Of a DNA stretch of 64,000 nt, positions 20,506 through 29,889 are shown piece after piece (the stretch's first letter is position 1; every line of letters starts with the position of its first letter). The position numbers and the translations under genes are program-made. This DNA comes from Pirellulales bacterium. Its GTDB lineage: Bacteria > Planctomycetota > Planctomycetia > Pirellulales > UBA1268. A model generated the notes under the pieces. It did not search any database and was not told where the DNA came from. It saw only the letters and a list, made by a program, of their open reading frames with translations. The stretch is taken from positions 41,072 to 105,071 of the forward strand of contig JAFMIU010000003.1 in the NCBI GenBank assembly GCA_017853835.1. The letters run 5' to 3'.

Positions 20506-22314
20506 ATGAACATCCTCGGCGTTTCCGCCTTCTTCCACGACAGCGCCGCCGCCCTCGTTCGCGATGGCGAGATCGTGGCCGCCGCCCAGGAAGAACGGTT
20601 TACCCGCCGCAAGCATGACGACGCCTTCCCGTCCCAGGCGGCGTCGTGGTGCCTCGCCCGCGGCGACATCTCGTGCGCCGAACTCGACGCGGTGGTGTTT
20701 TACGAGAAGCCGCTCGTGAAGTTCGAGCGGCTGCTCGAGACGGCGCTCGCCTTCGCCCCCCGAGGCTTTCGCTCGTTTGCCACCGCGATGCCACCGTGGC
20801 TCCAGCGGAAGCTCCATCTGCCTCGCGAGATCGACAAGGGGCTCGGTGGCACCTACTCCGGCCCGATCCTGTTTGCCACGCACCATGAGTCGCATGCGGC
20901 AAGCGCCTTCTACCCCAGCCCCTTCGACGAGGCGGCGATCCTCACACTCGACGGCGTCGGCGAATGGAGCACTGCCACCTGGGGCACCGGGCGGGGCGGA
21001 CGCATCTCGCTCGATTCCGAGATGCGGTTCCCTCATTCGCTCGGCCTGCTCTACAGCGCCTTCACGCTCTCTTGCGGGTTTCGCGTGAACTCCGGGGAAT
21101 ACAAGCTCATGGGGCTCGCGCCCTACGGCGAGCCTCGCTACGCCGACACGATCCTTCGCGAGATCGTCGACCTTCGCGACGACGGCTCCTTCTGGCTCGA
21201 TCAGCGATTTTTTGACTACGCCGCCGGACTCCGCATGACGAGCCGTCGATTCAACCGGCTCTTCGGCGGACCGCCGCGACGGCCAGACGCCCCGCTGACC
21301 GACCGCGAGATGGATCTCGCCGCCAGCGTGCAGCGGGTGACCGAGGAGATCGTGCTGCGGATGGCTCGGCACGTGCATGCCCGAACCCATCTGCCACATC
21401 TCTGCATGGCCGGTGGCGTGGCCCTCAACTGCGTCGCCAATGGCCGCCTCCTACGGGAGGGACCGTTTGAACACCTTTGGATCCAGCCGGCGGCGGGCGA
21501 CGCGGGAGGCGCGCTCGGGGCCGCGCTGGCCCATTGGTTCAACCACCTGGGCAATCCACGCACGGCCAACGCCAACGACTCTCAGAAGGGTTCGCTGCTC
21601 GGACCCGAGTTTGACGCCGACGCCATCGACACCGCCCTCGACGGCTGCGGTGCGGTTCGTCAGGTCTTTTCCGACGAGTCGTCGCTCACCGAGGCCATCG
21701 CGGCCGAACTTGCCGCTGGCCGGATCGTCGGCCATTTCGACGGGCGGGCGGAGTTTGGTCCCCGGGCGCTCGGCAACCGGTCGATTCTCGCTGACCCGCG
21801 CTCCCGCGACATGCAGCGACGGCTCAACGTGGCGATCAAGTTTCGGGAGTCGTTCCGCCCCTTTGCCCCGGCGATCCTTCGCGACCGCGCCCGCGAGTAC
21901 GTGTCGCTCGACGCCGAGAGTCCCTACATGCTGCTCGTCGCTTCGGTCGAGGGGGCGGTGACGGCGGGCGATCGCAGCACGGGCCTCGATCGGCTTCGCG
22001 ACGTGGGCGGACCGATTCCTGCCGTGACCCATGTCGACGGGTCGGCCCGCGTGCAGACGGTCGATGCCGTTCGGTCGCCGAGGCTGCATGGTATTCTCGA
22101 ATCGTTCGCACGGCAGACGGGCTGCCCCGTGCTCGCGAACACGAGCTTCAACATCCGTGGAGAGCCGATCGTGCACGACCCGGCCGACGCCTACCGCTGC
22201 TTCATGTTCACCGACATGGATGCTCTCGTCGTGGGTCGAAACCTGCTGCGGAAGCAGGAGCAGCCTCCGCTCGCGGGAGCAGAGGCCTACAAGCGGTCGT
22301 TCCGCCCCGACTGA
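20506..22314 (+). CDS. carbamoyltransferase (NodU/CmcH/SxtI family)
   Basis: N-terminus MNILGVSAFFHDSAAALVRDGEIVAAAQEERFTRRKHD. C-terminal-domain blocks FGPRALGNRSILADPR, FRPFAP, THVDGSARVQTV and NTSFNIRGEPIV. No signal peptide. The track's upstream extension (from 20191) overlaps the PEP-CTERM gene. Confidence 0.9.
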   Translation: MNILGVSAFFHDSAAALVRDGEIVAAAQEERFTRRKHDDAFPSQAASWCLARGDISCAELDAVVFYEKPLVKFERLLETALAFAPRGFRSFATAMPPWLQRKLHLPREIDKGLGGTYSGPILFATHHESHAASAFYPSPFDEAAILTLDGVGEWSTATWGTGRGGRISLDSEMRFPHSLGLLYSAFTLSCGFRVNSGEYKLMGLAPYGEPRYADTILREIVDLRDDGSFWLDQRFFDYAAGLRMTSRRFNRLFGGPPRRPDAPLTDREMDLAASVQRVTEEIVLRMARHVHARTHLPHLCMAGGVALNCVANGRLLREGPFEHLWIQPAAGDAGGALGAALAHWFNHLGNPRTANANDSQKGSLLGPEFDADAIDTALDGCGAVRQVFSDESSLTEAIAAELAAGRIVGHFDGRAEFGPRALGNRSILADPRSRDMQRRLNVAIKFRESFRPFAPAILRDRAREYVSLDAESPYMLLVASVEGAVTAGDRSTGLDRLRDVGGPIPAVTHVDGSARVQTVDAVRSPRLHGILESFARQTGCPVLANTSFNIRGEPIVHDPADAYRCFMFTDMDALVVGRNLLRKQEQPPLAGAEAYKRSFRPD

Positions 22315-22344
22315 CGTCCCGCCCTCCTCGACGGAGCCCCTTCG

Positions 22345-22500
22345 ATGCGACGCCGATCCTTCCTCGCCGAGCTCACCGACTTCATCTGGACCAACAAGGC
22401 CTGGATGCTCGCCCCGGTGATCGTGGTGCTGTTGCTGGTGGGCGTCTTGATCATCCTCGGCGGCACGCAGGCGGCCCCCTTCATCTACACGCTCTTCTGA
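22345..22500 (+). CDS. 51-aa single-TM peptide (DUF5989/SxtK-like), not in the ORF track
   Basis: GGAG 22333-22336, ATG 22345, TGA 22498-22500. Translation MRRRSFLAELTDFIWTNKAWMLAPVIVVLLLVGVLIILGGTQAAPFIYTLF. Lies between the carbamoyltransferase and the SxtJ-like gene. Confidence 0.7.
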   Translation: MRRRSFLAELTDFIWTNKAWMLAPVIVVLLLVGVLIILGGTQAAPFIYTLF

Positions 22501-22522
22501 AGACGGCAGGAGGGCCTACGGC

Positions 22523-22942
22523 ATGATCACGATCGACTGGCATCCGTCGCCGGCGGCACTTCGCCGCTGGGCTGTGACCGTCGCCGCGGCATTGGCGGTG
22601 TCGGGATCGCTGTTTCACTTCGTCGACTGGGGAATGTTTCGCGCCGGCCATGCCATGGCGCCGTGGCTCTGGGGCTTTGGGGCCGTGGCCCTCCTGACCG
22701 CGGGCACAGGCACCCGCATCGGCCTTCCCGCCTACTGGGCGTGGATGGCCTTCGTCTGGATGGTCGGCACCACGATCGGTGTCGTGGCCCTTGCCGTGGC
22801 CTTTTATGGCGTCGTCACGCCGCTTGGCATCGCTGCTCGGCTCGCCGGACGGGATCGACTGTCGCTCCGTCGCCCACCCCCGAACCAGTCGCTGTGGCAT
22901 CCCCTTCCCCCGGGGCCGCACGACCCGGCCCGTCAGTTCTGA
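22523..22942 (+). CDS. SxtJ-like small integral membrane protein
   Basis: 139 aa with about 4 hydrophobic helices (WAVTVAAALAVSGSLF, LWGFGAVALLTA, AYWAWMAFVWMVGTTIGVVALAVAFYGVV). AGGAGGG before the ATG. Size and position match the sxtJ partner of sxtI-type transferases. Confidence 0.65.
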   Translation: MITIDWHPSPAALRRWAVTVAAALAVSGSLFHFVDWGMFRAGHAMAPWLWGFGAVALLTAGTGTRIGLPAYWAWMAFVWMVGTTIGVVALAVAFYGVVTPLGIAARLAGRDRLSLRRPPPNQSLWHPLPPGPHDPARQF

Positions 22943-22949
22943 ACCTGCC

Positions 22950-24932
22950 ATGACGACACCCGCCAGCCGTGATGCCGATGCATCCCCGACCACTGCGACT
23001 CCTCTTCCGGCGTGGAAGAAGCGTCTCTTCATGGCCATCACGCTGGCCCTGCCGCTGATCGTCCTCGCGATGGTGGAGGGTCTTCTCCGGCTCGGTGGCT
23101 GGGGTGGCTATCCCGCGTTCATCCGAGTGGCGGGTCATCTGCCGAACGGGGCGTCGGTCGCCATCGTGGAACCGGCGGCTTCGAAGCCCTACTTCTTCGC
23201 CAATCCCACCCGCCCAGGCTACGCGGAGGAGACGAGCTTCCTGATGCCGAAGCCGGAGGGCACGGTGCGAATCTTCCTGGTGGGAGAGTCGGCCGCCAAG
23301 GGCTATCCGCAGCCGCGCAACCTCTCGATGCAGTCGTTTCTGCAGGAGATGCTCGGCGATGCATGGCCCGATCGGAAGGTCGAGGTGATCAGCCTCGGCA
23401 CCACGGCGGTGGCCAGTTTCCCGCTCGTCTACCTCACGCGGGAGGCTCTTCGCTACGACCCTGATCTGATGGTGTTGTACGTCGGCAACAATGAGTTTTT
23501 CGGCGCCTACGGCGTCGCGTCGATCAACTCCTTTGGCACGCTGCCCAGCTTGGCCCTTCCGGCAATGAGGGCGTTTCGTGGGCTGGCCCTCGTGCAGGCG
23601 ATCGAGGGAACGCTCCGGAGCCGGGCCGACGAAGACCGCACGCTCATGGAGCAGATGATCGGCAACACGTCGATCCCACCCGCGTCGCCCCTCCGCGACG
23701 CGGCGGCCCGCAATCTCGAAGTGCACGTCGGCCGCATGATCGATGCCACCGTGGCCGCCGGCGTGCCGGTCCTCGTCTGCACCACGGCGAGCAACGAGTC
23801 GGGACTGGCCCCCCTCGGCGAGAGCGACGAAGCGGCCAGGGCGTTTGCCGAGGCGCGGCATCTGGCACAGGAGGGACCAAAGGATCGCGCCCGGGAAGCC
23901 TTCCTGCGAGCCCGCGATCTCGACCCGATGCCGTGGCGGCCGATCACCGGCACCGAAGCAGCCATCCGGCGGGCAGCGACCACGCGAAACGCCGCTCTGT
24001 GCGACGTGGCCACGGTGTTTCGGGACATGTCCGACGAGGGGGCCGCGGGCTGGGATCTGCTCGACGACCATGTGCATCTCTCCCTGCGTGGTCAGGCAGA
24101 GGCGGCGAGGGCGATGGTCGGTGCGATGGCGGCCCTCCCGGCCGCCGTGCGGGTCGATCCGGCGCGGGCATCATCGCTTCCCGATTGGCAGACGTATGCC
24201 AAACGGCTTGGCACCAACGAGTGGGACGACTATCGCGTCCATCACACGCTCCGCGTGCTCTTCGGCGTGCCCTTCATGAAACGCCACAATCCGGAGGCTC
24301 TCGCGCGTTTTGAAGCGGCCTGCACGACGATGGAACGACGGATGACGCCCCCCCTCGCCGAGATCGCCCGACAATGGCAGTCGTTCAAGCCGCACGCTGG
24401 CGGGCTCCGTCCGCTCACCGGCATGGTCGCCCGCGAACTCCTGAAGCAAAACAAAACCAGCGAGGCGGAGCGTCTCTATGCGATCGCGCGTCGGCAGGTG
24501 CCCGACTACACCTCGTGGTATCTCGAATATGTCTACTTCATGCTGGCCTGTCGCGAGCGGATCGGTGGCGGGCTCTCCGAGGCGGATCGCGACGAGGCGG
24601 CTCGGGCGATCGACCAGGGACGGTTCCTCTTGGCGCACGGTTTCTCGTCGACTGGGTTCACGGAGCGCTACGTGGGGAGGCTCCACCAGCTCCGGGGCGA
24701 ATGGGCCGAGTCGATTCCATTCCTGCGGGCTGCTCGCCCCAAGCTCGCGACCACCGACCTCGTCGCGTGTGATCAGGCCCTCGTCGAGGCCTACCGCCAC
24801 ACCGGCGACCTCGCCGCCGCCCGGGCCATCATCGAGCAGGGGCAGCGTGAGTCGAGGCGTTTTGCCGATGCCTACCGCACGATGGAAGCATCGCTCATCG
24901 ATTCCGCGACACCCCCTCCGCCAAGCCCCTAG
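22950..24932 (+). CDS. membrane-anchored SGNH/GDSL-like hydrolase with C-terminal TPR-like helical repeats
   Basis: N-terminal TM KKRLFMAITLALPLIVLAMVEGLL. SGNH blocks IFLVGESAAKGYP (Ser), LYVGNNEF and LLDDHVHLSLRG (Asp/His). Helical C-terminal half. Starts 7 nt after the SxtJ-like gene. Confidence 0.7.
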   Translation: MTTPASRDADASPTTATPLPAWKKRLFMAITLALPLIVLAMVEGLLRLGGWGGYPAFIRVAGHLPNGASVAIVEPAASKPYFFANPTRPGYAEETSFLMPKPEGTVRIFLVGESAAKGYPQPRNLSMQSFLQEMLGDAWPDRKVEVISLGTTAVASFPLVYLTREALRYDPDLMVLYVGNNEFFGAYGVASINSFGTLPSLALPAMRAFRGLALVQAIEGTLRSRADEDRTLMEQMIGNTSIPPASPLRDAAARNLEVHVGRMIDATVAAGVPVLVCTTASNESGLAPLGESDEAARAFAEARHLAQEGPKDRAREAFLRARDLDPMPWRPITGTEAAIRRAATTRNAALCDVATVFRDMSDEGAAGWDLLDDHVHLSLRGQAEAARAMVGAMAALPAAVRVDPARASSLPDWQTYAKRLGTNEWDDYRVHHTLRVLFGVPFMKRHNPEALARFEAACTTMERRMTPPLAEIARQWQSFKPHAGGLRPLTGMVARELLKQNKTSEAERLYAIARRQVPDYTSWYLEYVYFMLACRERIGGGLSEADRDEAARAIDQGRFLLAHGFSSTGFTERYVGRLHQLRGEWAESIPFLRAARPKLATTDLVACDQALVEAYRHTGDLAAARAIIEQGQRESRRFADAYRTMEASLIDSATPPPPSP

Positions 24933-25094
24933 GACTCCGATGGGGCTGGATGATTGACCTGCCCCCATGGATGGAACCCGTGTCTATCACCAGGGTGGAC
25001 CTGCGAGGGATCGCTCACACGAGAATCCCCTCGTACGCCTCCCTGGCGACTATGGTTTCGCGCCCAGCAAGGATGATAGGCCGCCTCGAAAACC

Positions 25095-25123
25095 TTGACA
25101 CTCCCGCATCAAAAGGGTTTCAT
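25095..25123 (+). promoter_or_regulatory. sigma70-like promoter candidate for the PSD1/DUF1501 pair
   Basis: TTGACA (25095-25100), 17 nt, TTTCAT (25118-25123), about 100 nt upstream of ATG 25227. The TTG used as the track start codon is the -35 box itself. Confidence 0.35.
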
Positions 25124-25226
25124 GGACTACGGTTTCTGGTCTCCCGCCGATCGCTCCGCATTCTTGACGCGGAGCCGCGTCGTGTGCTCGCGTCACGACG
25201 GCGACGCGGGTGGCTCCCGAGGAGCG

Positions 25227-28200
25227 ATGCTCATGGGTCACATCGCCATGGCGTTCACCGGTATGGCCCTGCTCCTGGCATGGTCGAGCCTGACCGACAG
25301 GATGGCGGTCGGAGCCGCGCCGTCGGTGGACTTCAACCGCGACATTCGCTCCCTGCTCTCGGATCGATGCTTCGCCTGTCACGGGCCCGACGCGGAGGAT
25401 CGTCAGGCCGGCCTGCGGCTCGATCAACGTGACACGGCCACGGCGACCCTCGAGAGCGGCGGCGTGGCGATCGTGCCGCACGACATCGACGCCAGCCAAC
25501 TCATCGCTCGGATCACGAGCAATGACCCCGACCTGATCATGCCGCCGGCCGAGCTGGGGAAGCCGCTCTCGGCCGATGAGGTGGAGCTGCTGAGCCGTTG
25601 GGTGGCGGCGGGCGCTCCCTATGAGGAGCACTGGGCCTTTCGACGCATCGAGCGTCCTGCGGTGCCGACGGTACGCGACACCACCTGGCCTGCCAACCCG
25701 ATCGACCACTTCGTGCTGGCTCGGCTCGAAGCCGAGGGACTCCCGCCGAATCCAGAGGCTGACCGGATCACGCTGGCTCGGCGGCTGTCACTCGATCTGA
25801 CCGGACTTCCTCCGACTTCGGCCATGGTGGACGCCTTTCTCGCTGACACCTCGGCCGGTGCCTCTGAACGATATGTCGATGCCTTGCTGTCGAGTCCGCA
25901 TTTCGGTGAACGGATGGCACTCGAGTGGCTCGACGCGGCGAGGTATGCCGACAGCCATGGGTACCAGACCGACTCCAGTCGATCGAACTGGCCCTGGCGA
26001 GACTGGCTCATCCGCGGCTTCAACGACAACAAGCCGTTCGACGCGTTCACGATCGAGCAGCTTGCCGGCGACCTTCTTGACGATCCGACCCGTGACCAGA
26101 TCGTGGCCACCGGCTTCAACCGCAATCATCGGATCAACGGCGAGGGTGGCATCATCGCGGAGGAGTGGCGGGTGGAAACGGTCATCGACCGGGTGGAAAC
26201 AACCTGCCAGACCTGGCTCGGGCTGACTGCAGGCTGTGCCCGTTGTCACGACCACAAATACGACCCGATCTCCCAGCAAGAGTTCTACGCCCTGTTCGCG
26301 ATTTTCAACAACGTGCCTGAGTCCGGCACGATCATGGGCACGCAGAACCGAGCCGGCGGGAATTCCGAGCCGTTGCTCGAACTGCCCACACACGAGCAGG
26401 AGCAGGAGTTGGCTCGGCTCCAGCAGGTGGTCGCCGACGCTGAGGCCGCCGTGAAGTCGGAGGAGAAGAGCATCGATCAGCTCATCGCCCGCTGGGAACG
26501 GTCACTCGGGCCTGCCCTCGAACCCGACCGTCCTATCTGGGAGGCGTTTGAGCCGCTGGAGTTGAAGACGGCCAGCGGCGCCTCCTTTCGGCGGATCGAG
26601 GACGGATCGTGGCTCGTGGAGGGCACCGATGCCCCACGCGACACCTACGAGTTCGAAGCCCTCCTGCCGGGACAGGCATTCGGCGGTTTGCGGCTGGAGG
26701 TCCTGCCCGACCCCTCGTTGGCCGACGGCGGCTTCAGCCGGCAAGGCAATGGCAACATCGTGGTCTCTCGCATCGAAGTGGAAATCGAGCCGGCCGATGG
26801 GGGAGATCCGATCCCCGTGAAACTCACCCGCGCCGACGCCGACTACGAGCAGAAAAACTGGCCGGCGGAGGCCGTGCTCGCGGGCCGCAAGGGCCGTGGC
26901 TGGGCGATCGACGGGCATGATCCGGACAAGCGGCAGCCTCGGCGGCTGGCCGTTTTTCCCTCTGCATCGACGGTCGTCTCGGAAAACTCCCGAATCATCG
27001 TCCGGGTGAGGCAGGAGGCGCTCGACCGGCATTCGATCGGCCGCCTCCGCCTGGCGATCACCGCCGCCGATCCATCGGTGTTGGGCGTCGAGGGGCTTGC
27101 GATTCCAGCCGACGTTCGTGCGGCCTTGGCGGTGGCAGCCGAGGAACGATCGACTCCGCAGCGAAAGGCGGTCCGAACGTTTTACCGAAAGCGGGTCGAC
27201 GGCCCGATCCGACGGGCCGAGGCGACAAGGGATGCAGCGCGAAAGAGTCTGGTCGAGTTCCGCAACGGGCTGCCCTCGGCAATGGTGATGCGGGAGGGCC
27301 CCGTTCGCGATGCGTTCGTGCTCGTGCGGGGCGAGTACGACAAGCCTGGCGAGAAGGTCGTGGCCGGGCTCCCGGCCTTTCTGCCGCCCCTTCCGGCCGG
27401 GGAGAAGCCCGACCGTCTCTCGCTGGCACGCTGGCTCGTGTCGCCCGACAATCCGCTCACCGCCCGGGTCCAGGTCAACCGTCTCTGGGAACGCTTCTTT
27501 GGCACAGGCATCGTCAAAACCAGTGAGAATCTTGGCAGTCAGTCCGAGTTTCCGAGCCACCCGGAACTGCTCGATTGGCTCGCGGTCGAGTTCAGGGAGG
27601 GGCGTTCGTTGCCGGCCGTGAATGGCGTGCCCGCGGGTCCTTGGAACATGAAAGCCCTCGTGAAGCTGATGGTGACGAGCGCCGTGTACCGGCAGGCGTC
27701 CACCATCAAGCCGCAGCATCTCGCCCGCGATCCGGAGAATCGACTTTGTGCCCGCGCCGGCAGGATTCGCCTCCCGGCGGAGCTGGTCCGCGACCGGGCC
27801 CTCGCCGCCTCCGGGCTGCTGGTGCCGACAATCGGCGGACCGAGCGTGCGGCCCTGGATGCCCGATGGAGTCTGGGACGACACCAGCCGGTACGGCGACC
27901 TGCGAGGCTACAAGCCCGACACGGGGCCCGGCCGCTATCGGCGAAGCATGTACACGATCTGGAAGCGCACCGCCGCCCCGCCCACGATGCTCCTCTTCGA
28001 CGCGCCCAATCGCGAGACGTGCCAGGTGCGGCGTTCGCGCACGAACACGCCGCTCCAGGCCTTGGCACTGCTCAATGAGCCGACCTTCGTCGAGGCTGCC
28101 CAGTCGCTCGCCAAGCGAATGCTCGTCGAAGGGGGTGACGCTGCCGCCGACCGCATTCGACACGGCTTCCGGCTTGCGATCGGCCGTCCACCGACGGACG

Positions 28201-28394
28201 CCGAAGTGGCGGCGTTGGCCGAAGGATTCGCGGCCGACCAGGCGGCGTTTGCGGCCGATCCCGCAGCCGCCGAGCGGCTCACCGGGTTTGGCCTCGTGGC
28301 ACCGCCCGAGGGCGTGTCGCTGCCTGAATTCGCCGCCTACTCGCTGACGGCCAACGTGATGATCAACCTCGACGAATTCGTGATGCGGGAGTGA
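25227..28394 (+). CDS. PSD1 protein: planctomycete cytochrome-c domain + DUF1549 + DUF1553
   Basis: Signal/TM MLMGHIAMAFTGMALLLAW after GGAG. CFACHGPDAEDRQAGLRLD (PSCyt-type CXXCH). DUF1549 block ITLARRLSLDLTGLPPTSAMVDAF. Second CXXCH CARCHDHKYDPISQQEFY. DUF1553-type C-terminal half. Confidence 0.9.
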   Translation: MLMGHIAMAFTGMALLLAWSSLTDRMAVGAAPSVDFNRDIRSLLSDRCFACHGPDAEDRQAGLRLDQRDTATATLESGGVAIVPHDIDASQLIARITSNDPDLIMPPAELGKPLSADEVELLSRWVAAGAPYEEHWAFRRIERPAVPTVRDTTWPANPIDHFVLARLEAEGLPPNPEADRITLARRLSLDLTGLPPTSAMVDAFLADTSAGASERYVDALLSSPHFGERMALEWLDAARYADSHGYQTDSSRSNWPWRDWLIRGFNDNKPFDAFTIEQLAGDLLDDPTRDQIVATGFNRNHRINGEGGIIAEEWRVETVIDRVETTCQTWLGLTAGCARCHDHKYDPISQQEFYALFAIFNNVPESGTIMGTQNRAGGNSEPLLELPTHEQEQELARLQQVVADAEAAVKSEEKSIDQLIARWERSLGPALEPDRPIWEAFEPLELKTASGASFRRIEDGSWLVEGTDAPRDTYEFEALLPGQAFGGLRLEVLPDPSLADGGFSRQGNGNIVVSRIEVEIEPADGGDPIPVKLTRADADYEQKNWPAEAVLAGRKGRGWAIDGHDPDKRQPRRLAVFPSASTVVSENSRIIVRVRQEALDRHSIGRLRLAITAADPSVLGVEGLAIPADVRAALAVAAEERSTPQRKAVRTFYRKRVDGPIRRAEATRDAARKSLVEFRNGLPSAMVMREGPVRDAFVLVRGEYDKPGEKVVAGLPAFLPPLPAGEKPDRLSLARWLVSPDNPLTARVQVNRLWERFFGTGIVKTSENLGSQSEFPSHPELLDWLAVEFREGRSLPAVNGVPAGPWNMKALVKLMVTSAVYRQASTIKPQHLARDPENRLCARAGRIRLPAELVRDRALAASGLLVPTIGGPSVRPWMPDGVWDDTSRYGDLRGYKPDTGPGRYRRSMYTIWKRTAAPPTMLLFDAPNRETCQVRRSRTNTPLQALALLNEPTFVEAAQSLAKRMLVEGGDAAADRIRHGFRLAIGRPPTDAEVAALAEGFAADQAAFAADPAAAERLTGFGLVAPPEGVSLPEFAAYSLTANVMINLDEFVMRE

Positions 28395-28398
28395 CGCG

Positions 28399-29865
<1,467 letters not shown>

Positions 29866-29889
29866 CGTCGAAGCGAGTCGCGTTCGCCA

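Noticed and set aside
25095-25226. TTG 25095 as the start codon of the PSD1 gene (as in the track).
   Set aside because: It would add 44 residues with no signal-peptide character. The TTG is part of a TTGACA-N17-TTTCAT promoter-like element. ATG 25227 has a GGAG and starts a hydrophobic signal/TM segment.
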